Shown here piece by piece: positions 27,071-39,900 of a DNA stretch of 64,000 nucleotides. The notes under the pieces are model-generated. The model did no database searches and was not told the origin of the DNA. It saw only the letters and a program-made list of their open reading frames with translations. Position numbers and translations under genes: made by a program. The stretch is taken from contig CM082596.2 of the NCBI GenBank assembly GCA_040954595.2, forward strand, positions 1,827,854 to 1,891,853, in the 5' to 3' direction. How positions within the stretch are numbered: the first letter of the stretch is position 1; each line of letters starts with the position of its first letter. Source of the stretch: Balanoglossus misakiensis. Taxonomy: Eukaryota > Animalia > Hemichordata.

Positions 27071-29086
27071 TTAAACCGGAGAACCTGTGAACAAAATGAA
27101 ATACAATGGGTGAAATAAACAATGTTATTAAAAGGTAATTATCTCTACTATTTTTCTACGATGTTTCCAAATGTGTGGTAACTGTGTCTGGTTAAATGTT
27201 CAGAAAGTAACCGTATACCTTCGATTTGGAACGGGATCATCCAGTTTCCGATTTCCACTCTTACTTTTATACAATGCAATATTATTTTAAATCTATCAAA
27301 CTTTCAATTACCAGTATCCGTAAAAATAACACGGAAACCCGACATCTCAACGGCGGCATCAGAGAACATAGTCATCCAAACTTTAGGGCCAGAAGAAGTG
27401 AAATCAGCCGGCAACCCAGTTCCTGTGTGTTGCCATATCACGCTGGTTTCTTGACTGGGATAGTCTCCATTACCCGCGGAGTACAAATCATTGGAATCCA
27501 GAGCGAAAGTCTGGTAAGCGGCAAACAAAGTGTTCCCGCTCTCACTTGTAATGTTCCATTGGCAACGCATGTTGCTAGGGTAGTTTTCGGGGAAGTTTGG
27601 TGACGTCACTGTCAACTTTCCGCCAACAGGTACTACAAGTGCGGATTCGCAGTCTAGAGAAATGCAAAACAGACAAAAAAAAGAGAAACAGACGAGTTTG
27701 TTTGCAGTTAAAACCAACTTGAAGAAAGAAAAATGAATAGCCGTTATCCCAGACTTTTAGTGTTTCTCTTTATCTTCCCGACCGCAGGGGAGTTGTGTGA
27801 ACGGGACCCATCGAAGACTCGACTCGAAAAAGTTATGTGACACGCGCGCTGATTGGATAAAAAGTTCTGCAATTAACATTATGCAAATTAAGGTGTACGT
27901 GCTGTGCATGTGTTATCTACGCATACACGTGTAGTTCAACTTAGTGTCAGCAGACGACACTGTTGTCCGTACACGTTTTGGGGTCATTTGGGATTTTTTG
28001 AGAGTCTTTCAGTTACTCTACTTACCAACATCGGTAACAGAGACGCTGAAACCGGTATGGGTGACATTCGCATCCGACGAAAACGTTATCCAAAGAGTTT
28101 GGCCGACCGATAGGTAATCGTTTGGTGCCTCTTGTCCGCCATGTTTCCAGATGTCACTGCTGTTCTGATTTGCTTGGTATCCCATTCCCGAAGAGAAATA
28201 GTCACCCCAATCAGCCAAGGCGAAGTCGTTAAAGCGGACGAACAGGTACGTGCCGTTTGGAGAATGAAAGGTCCATTTGCATGCCGTGTTGTTTGGATAC
28301 TGGTTGGGGTAATTTGGTGATGTCACAATGATGCTACTTCCATCAGTAAGCGTAAAATCTCCCCCGCACGGACCTGTAATTGTGAGAAGGGTTTAGAGAA
28401 AGAAACGACCAGTCAGTATGCATGTGATGTATGTATCATGTGTGTTTGTATGTGGGTAAGTTGGTAGATCATAGGATAGGTGGGTGAGGGTTAACTGTGG
28501 TACGCAGCTGTATCATGTGAGGGGGGGAGGGGGCTATCAGCCCCCCCCCCCCCCCCCAACAGCTGGTGATGAAATGAACAATTGTGTTATAGCTTTAACA
28601 CAATTGCCCATTTCATTGCATAATGTTGCGAGTACAGTATATCGAGTAGCACACCGTACTGTGTAAATATTAGCGATTTACATTGGGCATTGTTTCTGTT
28701 ATGTTGTTTTGAAGATGGGGGGGGGGGGGGTGGATCAATCCCCAAGACTAATTTATTCGGAGAGTGTGCTTGACTGCATAATACAGCAGCAAGCATGTGT
28801 AACTACAGGGTCAACTGTTGTGAGAATCAGGGGCTCCAGGGTGCTGTAGCAAATGTACCAACATAATGTTCATGATAACACAATTGAGCTGACACCAAGC
28901 GTAACTTACTTGGACACTCTTCTTGGTAGTCGGGGCAACAGTTTCCGTCGTAAAAACAGTCAGTCTGGCAGCTACACTGGTAATTATGGTTGTAAGAGTC
29001 ACAGAGGCTGCGACAGGTAGCACCTGAAATTTATTGACATCATGTAAAACACAAAGACATGCCAGGACAGACAGATAGAGAGATAT

Positions 29087-29134
<48 letters not shown>

Positions 29135-32100
29135 CAGTCAGGCAGAGAGGCAAGCAGAGAGACATTGGTAAGATATTATCTTCCATGCATAAACACATCC
29201 ACATAAAAATTGTGCCAATTTTTTCATGTCATCCAGCTTCACTAACAAGTTCATGCGACGGCATACGTAAGTACGCCCTCTTTTGTACGCTCATTCAATA
29301 CCTGCATCCGTGACTGTGACATTGAAGCCGCGGCGTTCGATGCTGTTATCGGATGTGAACGTTATCCACATGGCCGGGCCATCAGACAAGAAGTCATCAG
29401 GTGCAGTGACACCGGGAAGTTGCCAAATGATGCTTGTATCCCGACTTGGATATTCTCCATTTCCTGCCGAAAAGTAGTCGCAGCATTGCTCCAAGACAAA
29501 GTCGTTGAAGGAGACGAAAAGATTGGATCCCGTTAAAGTATTTACAGTCCATTTACACGCTGCATTACTAGGATAATTATTGGGGTAATTTGGAGAAGTT
29601 ACGTCCACGTTCGCTCCATTCCAAACTGTTAAATCTCCACCACAGTTATCTGTCGTAAGAAAAACCGACGTATATGATTAGGACCTTTCCAAAACTGATC
29701 TTTTTGAAATCCGCAACAGGTGGATGATCATGAACAAGTCCAGAACTTTTATACTTACTTGTACAAGTTTCCCAAAAGTCAGGACAACACTCATCTCGGT
29801 AAAGACAGTCATTGCTACAACTGCATCGGTGCTGAGAGTTATAAGAATTACAGATACCACGACAGGAAGGACCTGTAAATCAAAAATGCAATGCCTGTTG
29901 CAGGGAAGAACAATAGACAGCAGGCAAAGAGTGGCATAACATAAAAGGAGAGAGAAAATTAGACAGGAAATACACATGAAAAGTTCTTTGTTCACACTTG
30001 GGGGAACTTTACTATAATTACCCAGGTCTTCAACAGTTACTTGGAATCCACGATCGCCAAAAGTAGTATCTGAAAGAAACCTCATCCAGACAGCGTTGTT
30101 ATCTGAGGTGAAACTAGGAGGCAGGGTTTGTCCCGAGTGAGCCCAAATCACAGTGCTGCTGTTGACATTGGGCTGATCGCCGTGACCAGCAAAGTAAAAG
30201 TCGTAACCTTCCTCTGTTGAAAAGTCCACGTACTCAACATAGAGTCTGCCGGATGTATCGTTGTTGTATATTATGTATTGGCAGCGAGCGTCATTAGGAT
30301 AGTCGCTAGGGTAATTTGGTGATGTGATATTGATCATGCCGCCAGCAGTTATGGTGTAGTTTTCAGTACAGCTACCTGCAAGAATACCAGTAGATGTGTC
30401 AGCATATGTGTGCCTCAGATTCGTGTATTGTGGTGTAAATTGATATAAATAGATTGCCGTTTGTTTATTATTATTTATTGATTTACTTTTTTATTCTATG
30501 TTTCAGTGACTCCCTCCACTGCTGCTACTACTGCCATCAAGAACAACAATCATCATCATCATCATTCTTGTCGTCATCACAACAACAAGAACTTCTGTCA
30601 ATATGCCAGCCATCTTTATCTTCAAGAACAGACAAGTAAGTGAAATTCTTTTGCGCATTTACCTGCAACAGGTTATAGCTTTCACACAAGTGGAATCGCT
30701 CCAAGGAGGGACTCTGGCCAATAGATAATTTTCCGCTTATCGCGAGATCTTGCGAGACTTTTAGTTTGTTTAGCATTATTTATTGATTTATTTATTGTAT
30801 GTTTCAGTGATTCCCTCCACTGCTGCTACTACTGCCATCAAGAACAACAGTCATCATCATCATTCTTGTCATCATAGCACCAACAACAACAGCAACAACA
30901 ACTTCAAGTAAGTAAAGTTTTTTTGCGCATTTTACCTGCAACAGGCTATGCATAGCCTTCACACAAGTGGGATCCCTCCAAGGAGGGACTCTGGCCAAGA
31001 GATGATTTTCCGCTTATCGCGAGATCTTGCGAGACTTTGTTAATTTAATCCCCAGTGGGTTGCTAGCTAAGCAATACACATGCAACTTTGTATCAAATTA
31101 GAAAGGTGCAGAGTTTGACAAAAATTGTAACTTTTGTGCTGTTCAACTCAATGGGCTGTGTGCAAGATCTCGCAGGGTCTCGTGGAGTTTGGAAAATGGT
31201 CTATTAGTGGAACATCGACTGGGTAAGCCAGTTCCATTTGGTAGAAAAAAATTATTCAATAGGTCAAGTGCAGTTGGTTCTCACCTGCACATTCGTCGAA
31301 GTAGCTCGGACAACAGTTGGAGAAAAATATGCAGTCACGTTGACAGCTGCAATCAAACTCAACATTGTAGTTGTTACAAAGGCCTGCGCAGGTTCCTTTA
31401 TCTGCAAATAAATTGAAAATAATCAGTTAGACAAAGGAAAATACTAAGTACGCAATAGAAATTAAGTGAGAAACCAAATACATAATTGCATCGTGTGTAA
31501 GCACAATCCTACCGGCTTTGTCTTCAACATCTATGAGAAAGCCCCTCTCTGTTACAATGCTGTCCGAGGCAAATCGCATCCAGATCGTTGAATCCTCTGA
31601 TGTAAAGTTGTCCGGTGCAGTTGACCCAGAGTGTGCGGATATAACTGTTTGCTCAGAAGGTACACCTCCATTTCCAGCATAGTAGAAGTCATAACCTGCT
31701 TCAGTCGAGAAATCCAAGAACTTAATCTGCATCTGGGACCCTCTTTCGGTGTTGATTATCCACTGGCACCGAGCATCGTTTGGATAATCAGAGGGATAAT
31801 TTGGCGTGGATATTTGGACTTTGCCTCCGTCGGGAATAGTGAGCTCTTCTGTGCAGTTCCCTGGGAAATAAAATGGCTCATTTGTAACATGGTAACTTGT
31901 CAAAATTCAGCTGAAAATTGACAGAAGAAACTGTAAAAAAGTTTTATTGTTTGTTCCTTTCATATAGAGATGCTGTACAAAACTTGGATTTCATCTTTTT
32001 TCCTCTGTCTTGACCGAAACTTCAAAAATCCTGGTCATTTTAACAACATTTCTTTGGAAATAGAACAAGAAACTACCACTGATAGAAAAGGGATACAGCA

Positions 32101-33027
32101 AAAAAATTAAAAGTTCAGGGATAACCTTTAGATAGGGTATAAAAATTAACATCATCTTTAGGTCATAAGGCGGTACTTACCTGCACACATTTCAAAATAG
32201 TCACTGCAGCAAGTACTATTAAACACACAGTCTTCTTTGCAACTGCAGCCTTGGAATGAATTGTCCTGGCCACACAAACCACTGCAACTCGAGCTACCTG
32301 TGGATCACAGTGTGTCGGGTCTTGACGTTACAAAATTAATATAGCACAAATGTTGATTATTAATATTACGATAGCTAGCACAGAATTGAGATTTGATTCA
32401 TATGATAGCAAAAAGAAATTGATAATTACCCATATCATAAAGTCTGTTTCTGAATCCACTGTAGCTAATACTGTAGTCCGATGTAAAAGTCATCCATACT
32501 GATGTACCAGTTGATGTGAAGTCCTCTGGCAAGGTTGAACCAGAGTGTTGCCACACTTCACTGGTCTGTTGGCTGGGATCTTTCCCATGACCAGCCGAAT
32601 ACATGTCATAGCCTTCTTCTGTCCTAAAATCCCAATGCTCGACAAGTATTCGAGTGTTACCCTCAGTGTATACAGTCCATTCACAATTTAATGAGGACGG
32701 GTAGCTGCTAGGATAATTAGGCGATGTCACATCTATATAACCTGACTTGGGTATTATCAAAGTTTCGCCGCAGGGAACTATTAAAAAATTTAAAGTGACA
32801 CTCTTCAGTTTATACATAAATTGGGGGAAAATTTCACATTTTGAGACAACCACAACTTAGGACCAGTGCGTAATTCCTAACAGCACTCTATCTGAACTTA
32901 AACAAACATAAAATTTAAAACTTCCAATTTCAAAAGATGAGGAGCACTACTTTCCAGTTTACTTACGCATAGATTGTGATGAACATACTGTGACTAAAAC
33001 AGCAACCAATACTAGGAGAAACCACAT
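27071..33027 (-). CDS. Secreted CUB and somatomedin-B domain protein, ~874 aa: signal peptide-(CUB-SMB)x4-CUB-CUB
   Basis: 12 GT-AG exons, all introns phase 1: 33027-32967 (MWFLLVLVAVLVTVCSSQSM signal peptide), 32777-32430 CUB, 32297-32181 SMB, 31860-31513 CUB, 31401-31285 SMB, 30375-30022 CUB, 29872-29759 SMB, 29649-29302 CUB, 29023-28910 SMB, 28373-28026 CUB, 27653-27312 CUB, 27084-27071 (GSPV*). CUB hallmarks: C..TSPNYP..YP....C.W ... F.SD......GF. SMB hallmark: CxCxxxCx5CCxD[YF]xxxC. Total 2625 nt, in frame. Confidence 0.9.
29089..29132. repeat. (GATA)n microsatellite, intronic
   Basis: About 11 perfect GATA units. Confidence 0.95.
30499..31038 (+). repeat. Tandem duplication of a ~240-300 bp unit inside an intron of the CUB/SMB gene
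   Basis: Units ~30499-30760 and ~30800-31038 share TGTTTCAGTGA(C/T)TCCCTCCACTGCTGCTACTACTGCCATCAAGAACAAC... and ...CCAAGGAGGGACTCTGGCCAA..TTTTCCGCTTATCGCGAGATCTTGCGAGACTTT. Confidence 0.85.
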
Positions 33028-34839
33028 CTTGATGGTTCTGGCTTGCCACCAGATTTGGAATGATGTTGAAATCGTGTACAGTGGATCTAATATACGGTAC
33101 TTGCATGTAAAGCTATAATTACTTGTAATAAAGCTCCATGTGAGTGTGACTTTATAAGGGGCTATATAATGTACTAAATTTATATTGAACAGTTACCGGA
33201 CAGTTGTATAGATAAAGATATTAAGACATAAACAGAGATATCATCTAAAATGGTAGGGACCGGTAGAGGGTTATCTCGTGATAACAATCTTCCATCTCGT
33301 GCTACAATTATCACGATAGTACATGTACACACTGCGTCAATATATGATATGAAAATGATATGGAAATCTTTACGATATACATCACAAAGTATATTTTTAC
33401 TCACTGTTTTGATTGTGAAAAAACTAGTCAGTATACAAAATCTGCTGGTTAGATGCAACTTGAGATTGCAACGTACTTTTGCTACAAGATAGTAATCTGA
33501 TATGTGACTCAAGAAATGGACATATGGGAGTGATGTTTACTACTCTTTATGACAAATTATCTGAATTACAGCTGGTGTACTTTGTTTCGGTTCCCAGCTT
33601 TGTACCATCTTATTGCATGGTGTACTTTTTATACGTTGTTTATGATGGGTGTACCTGTAGCACAGTTTCAGCAATATTTAATGTGTCAAATCCGATTTAC
33701 CCCTTTTCACAGATAAAAACCAGGTGTGAACTGAATGTCCTAATATGATACATTTCTTTGGACACCAAGACACAAGTTGTAACTTTGTTTGTTCTATCGA
33801 TTTTGAGGGTATATAAGAGGCAGTTGATTTGGGAAAACTGCTTTGGGTCAAATGAAACAGTCTATACTACTTTGAGTTATTTTAGGAACAACTCTACAAG
33901 TAAAGTTATTGATTATTAACATATTTTATTCATCTTTGCAAAGTAACATCACTGTAAAGTTGATCGCCGTTTTCTTTCGGCCAATAGAGGTCTTCGTAAG
34001 AATCACAAAGAAATGTCAAAGAAATAACAATGCCCATGGACCTTATAAATATAAAACAAGACCAACTTAGTTATGAAATTTATGTTGACTGTGACATTCT
34101 GATGAATTTACAAAAAATATCAACTCATTACCCTTGAACTTTAGATATACCTCTAACTGTTTGATTGTAAACTGAATCATACCACTGGATAGGTTACTAA
34201 ACACTAAACAAATATTGAAAATCAACAAATTACAGGGATACATAACTAACAATTATTTATGACTAAGGCACCATCCAAAACGGGTACCTCCAAAATAGCT
34301 ATAAAGACTTTTTCTTTGCCTATAAGTTTCAAACTAATGTCATCATCAGTAAGTTCATTAGCCCCTATTGTTTATTTCAGCCTATTAACCAGCTAATGAC
34401 AGAAGATGCATATTAAACACATCAAATAAACTGAAATTTTAATAAATCTGTAGATAAGTAAGTTTGTGTTCTTTTTCCTCAATTTAAATACTTCATCTGT
34501 TTGCCAAACAATAGAATACAAAAATACTCGCTTATCCGAACGAGGTAAAAATCTTCAATACAATAAAATTCAAGAAACGTTCCAAGCCGCACATATATAT
34601 ATATCACGGGTAATCATTTTCATTGACCAATCATTGCATCATCCAGTGATGGTCACGTGACACAAAAGGAAGTGAGGTCAGTCTGTTTCAGAGCAGTGGA
34701 GATGTATTTGTACGTTCCATCCCGGGACAACTTTAAGATGATGCTTTGTTGTAGAAAACTCAACTCCTGCACATGTGAAACACGATCATACTCTGGGCTA
34801 AATATTGCTAGGCAACATGGCTACTGGTCTCCAAGGTAA

Positions 34840-36911
34840 CTACGTTTCTTCGCCAATTGTGACCTGATCTTTCGTCTTACGAAGCATCAAAGCTGTGTTG
34901 ATAAAAAAGACAAAAGCATGAGTTAGTCCTGACTGTGTTGCTATGCAAAGTGTATCAAAAACAGTTTTTTTTCTCATTTTTCTGCTATTCAGCTATTTAG
35001 CAACCATATTTGCTCTTGCAAATGTTTGCTCTATAACTCCATAAATAATGTCAACATACATGGTGTGTTTCGTGGTATCATTGTCGGGGGTATTGGTGTA
35101 ATTTTCCGTCTTCGCATATGAGGAGCTTGTTGTTTATTAGACTGCCAAAAAAGAAAGAGAAATTGTCGTTAGTTTTTTTTTTTGTAATAGAAAAATGATC
35201 AGCAGTTCACGCTGGTAAATCATTGACAACTGACTGAAAACGTAATTGACTCGTATTTTATGTTCGTACCTGTTCAAATACATCGTCATCTGGTAGGTCA
35301 CCTAAAGTTGAAATTCTCCCAGAGAGTTCATCGTCTTCACATCTTTGCTCCCCTTCCCCGACTGTAACTGCACACCCGACAGCGCCCTCTGCCGAAGCTT
35401 TCCACGATTTTTCGTCGTCAGATTCATCATCCGATTCCTCGTCATCTTCTTTGAATACTTCAGTCACCGCCTTCTCTTGAGTTTTCCTAACTGGTGACCA
35501 AAAGGGTAGATGTATTAGAGTAAAACCTATTGCTAAAATAGTAATTGAACAACAATACTTGTGCTTTGCCGAGCACACATCACTCACCGTCTAATTTGAA
35601 TGTAATATTTAATGTTGCTGGAGTGTTCTTTCTGCGTAGCACCTTTTTGCCTGGTTTCGTTGAAGTTTTAGACGACTCGTTCTCGTGATTATCGCCCTTG
35701 TTGGTCCCTTCGTCGCCGGGCGTTGGTCCACCTCCTCTTCTCTGCGTCGCAGGGGAAATAGCTTTTCTCTGGTTTGTTGGAGATGGTTGCTTCACTGTCT
35801 CGTCTTCGTCCACCTCCACGACCGGTGGGTTGACCTTTGACTTGACCGTTGACTGTACTGTGAATACACAAATATCTACTTATAGGCAGGTGTTTTACTT
35901 AGCACATTTGGAACATCCTTGTGAAGATGGTAACCTTCATCTGAATACCAAATATGGCTGTCAATGTCAACCTGTGGTTCTACGTGAAAGAAATTGGTAA
36001 TTGTGATCGATATAGAAGGGTGTCCAGATTAGACAGGGTTCGGTTTAGACAGGTTTTACATGGCTAACTCACCATCAAATCTATCTTGTCTCACCAAATA
36101 GGCAGGGGTGTTTTTTCTCTTCATTTTACTGGCACCTTTCTTCGTAGGCTTTGTTTCGTTTCCTGCAACTTTCTTGTCTTCCTTTGAGCCGCGCTTCTCT
36201 CCGCCCGTTGAGACTTTCTTACGAGCACCACCAGTGTTCACGGACGTCATTTCTTTTGTTCTTATTTCTGTCTTCTTTTTCTGGATCTTTGGCGAAAGTT
36301 TCTTGTCAGAAGGAATGGTTGTCTGTTGTTTTGAAGTTTGTTGATCACCCTCGGCTTCTTCAAGAGTTTCGTCCAGACTCTCCGAGAACTTGTTTGCATT
36401 CCTAGATGGGGCTACAACAAGGGCAGAGATACATGAAATGACTTAGAGATCTAATCTTACAATAGAAAACAATGGATTTGGACTGGACCTTAGTGGTGAA
36501 AGGGTTAAACAATGTTTTTAAACAACAACCTTCACTTTGCTTTTATGACTCACCCCTGAAATTCGGTGGATGTTGAAGCAATGCCGGAGTCAATTTCCTC
36601 TGTCTTTGGGAAGTATTCCTGTCCTCTGACGTTGAGGGCATACAACCAATCATGGTTTCTGGAGCGCTGTCTGAATGTTTAATTTTGTCCTTTGCCCGCT
36701 TTCCATCTTTTTTGTATAAATTAAATCTTTCCTCTTCTGGGTCAGAGAAGGTGACACATTCAAGGTCGAATTCATGACAGGAAACCCCGCTATCCATTGA
36801 CGCGTTGTCGTCATTAATGTTATTGTTCGCTCTTTCTTCTTCTTCGTAGTAAATAACGGTGTCGATTTTAGATCTCTCTTTTGAGGACGCTGTAACAACA
36901 AACCGGGCGAT

Positions 36912-36978
<67 letters not shown>

Positions 36979-39900
36979 ATCATCATCATCTGATCATCCT
37001 GTTGGAATAACAGGCTAATAAAATAATCAAACTTACCTGAAACGTAAGGCGAACATGGTAGACTAGCTGGTGTACTCTTCCGTTTGGGTAACATCTGTAA
37101 AAAAATTAGATTTGTTCCAGTATGAAATGTTGAATTCTAAAAGAGATCTTTCAGAGATTACTAACTTGCACTCAGATCCGTGATCTGGTTTTCAATGATG
37201 GTTTCTAATATAAAGTGAAAATGATGAATATTGTCGCCATTTTGACTCGAGAGAAGACACAAACACACATTGTTTGATTTGCAATTTTTTTACTACTCCA
37301 CAAGCTTTTGTGGAGAAGAGAAAATAAATTCTGTGACCTCCACCTTTTTTGTTGTCTTGTTCTCCGTCCCAAGTGTGCCTCTATCGTCCTCGCTATCGCT
37401 TGTCTCGCCAGTTCTTTCAGTTTGTCCGTCTCCCGATGCTTCTATTCTGGATTCCGTTTCTGCGTCTGAAGAGTCTGACACGTTTTGTTCGTCTTCTTCA
37501 TCGATGCTTCGAGCATTCAGCGCTCGCAATCCCTCCTTGAGTTCTGCAAGTCAATTGTACACTTTTTTGGTTATTTCCTTGTGCCTGGGAGGATGTCTGT
37601 CCCAAGGGAGACAGACTTAAAACTTATGCTTTATCATCTTACATTATCATTTATATTTTATCAACAGTATGCTCTTGCCTGTGGCTTGAGACTGTATATC
37701 AGATGAGAGTAATTTTATGCATTAATTTTGCTTTCTCATACCACAGCATGTTGAAACCCCAACTTGCCAATATGATGCAATCTGTGTGCTATACATTGTT
37801 GTTGAAATTAACAATTGAATTTTTTCATTCCAGTGTATGGTACATGTACATATTCAGGCTGTGTTGAGAAGAAAAACTAACAGACTCTGAAGAACAGTAT
37901 TTTGAAAAATCCTGACTGTCACAGCAAAGGTAACTTATACAATCTGATTTATTTTCAAGGGTGTACTTTACTGTTATTGAGCATACTGTAATACAGTTCA
38001 CGTACAACCCAGTTAGGTTTAAGAACCATTCAATGAAAGTGGTGAGCTTCGATCACTCTCACGTGATAAACTAATTTTGTTTGGGCGCAAGGTCCTGCCT
38101 GCCAGGCGCCATCTGCAGTGTGGCTATCAAAGTCCATCTGTTGAAGAGTTGCCAAATATCTTCCTCCAAATGTACCTTGTTTACCAACTGTGCCAGTTTA
38201 GTTGTTCACTGAATGTGCTGCATAATATCAAGAAATAATAGTCAATACCTTCTAAGCTTGGTGGTTCCGATATAGCTGGAGTAAGTTTCCGTCTTCTTCC
38301 CTGTGGTTTGTTCGTAGGTGTCAAAATATCACCGTCACAAGATGAAGAGTACCCCCTGTCTGAAAACGTTCTTGCCAGCGTCTGTCGTCTAACCAGCTCG
38401 TAGCAATAAGACTGGCTTCTTACCGCACGACCTGTTCCAATACAAGCGCCCACTGAAAGACAATACAGTAAGTTCTGATTTCAATTTGATTCGATGTTGC
38501 CCTTAAGGATGTAATAAAGGTTCCCAGATGAGTACTTTCTTGCATTCTTGGGGCATTTATGTATTCAGTTTGACCTTTTGACACATTGTAAACAATCTGA
38601 TTAAAATCAGATGTAGGGTACAACGACGTTTATTCTTATGCTGTTGCCTCACACAACCGGTACATCTGACCAACTCTCGTGGAAGCTCCTCTTACCAAGC
38701 ATAAGAATACCGTACCGGGACGTTACCGTACCCTACATCCGATTTTAATCAGATTGTACTTTTATATACAATTGTATGGAATCTGAACAGGGTTACTCAG
38801 ATATATATAGTAGCAAATTCACATGCAACATGAGCTAAGGGATGGTGCCATATTATACCTAACCTAAACGTTTCGTGCTGAAAACAGATTCACAGGAACA
38901 TAACCAGTTCAAAGTCGTACGTGATTTCAGTGATCAGCACACAATTCCTCATTGCTGTATTCAGTTCGCCTAGGTTGCAGTGACCTTTAAATCCATTGTA
39001 GGTAAATTCATTGCCCGCGAGCTGGAGTGTGGCATCAATAGGTGAGAGTGGCGGTCACAAAGTGATTTGAAACTGAAGTTGCTGCCTTCATTAAAATAAT
39101 TGGCACGGGTATTTGGGTCGTACGTGTCTTGAACGCCTGCTTGACGGGGCTGAGGTACTCCATTTATTTTTAGCTGTTTATTGAAGTTGGGGTCGGGGAG
39201 GATTTCAAGAAGTCAGCGATTCTTGAAGTCCTTTTCAAGGAATTTGACATCCTCCACATGTACACAACAACTTACCTATTGAGGGTGAACTTTCACTTCT
39301 TTGAATGGCTGGCAAACAATCGCAGTGTGTGGCTGCTTCCTGTAAAAGACAAATGAGGGCATTGTTATGGCTAATATAAGTAATAAGTGCAGAAAATCAA
39401 CCAAGCACTCTGTAAAAGTCAACGACAAAGTTTGATCTCATACAAATTCGCCGTATATTGGCGCCCATCCAACTGCAAACTGCAACTGGTTCAGACATAG
39501 ATAAGAATTGTGGTAAGGCTTTAATTCTTGTGCAACCATGCAGAAGAGATAAGATTCTCGTGTCCCAGCGGGACGAACCAACACCTCATGGGGTCGATGT
39601 TGGCGGAAACAGTCATTGCAAACAGGAAACAGTCATTGCAAACATCCTTCGTATGAAATCACAGACTTTGTGTTCTACTTCTCTTTCTTTATGTAGTAAG
39701 GTTATATGCGCGTTGTGTAAACTGTTGTCTGGTGCTAGTAAGTCATTCGATCGATCTGTGTCTGACACACGACCTATAAAATAGCCTGAGTAAGTAGGGG
39801 TCATTAAAAAGGATATAAATAACAGCGACAAGGAAGTGCCGTTGATGGTCTGGAAATGAGAAAACCTTCATTGTACGGGAGTAGACGTGGGAGCGATAAA

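Noticed and set aside
29678-30337. Hydrophobic C-terminal extension of the 219-aa CUB ORF as a transmembrane segment
   Set aside because: It is read-through into an intron and an out-of-frame SMB exon. A phase-1 donor lies at 30021.
34805-34816. X-box-like TTGCTAGGCAAC
   Set aside because: Lies in a 3' UTR with no nearby promoter features; probably incidental.
36543-37094. 183-aa single ORF with poly-Asp as a stand-alone gene, and the overlapping poly-Met ORF 36650-36979
   Set aside because: Better explained as two exons plus an in-frame microsatellite intron. The poly-Met ORF is another frame of the (GAT)n repeat.
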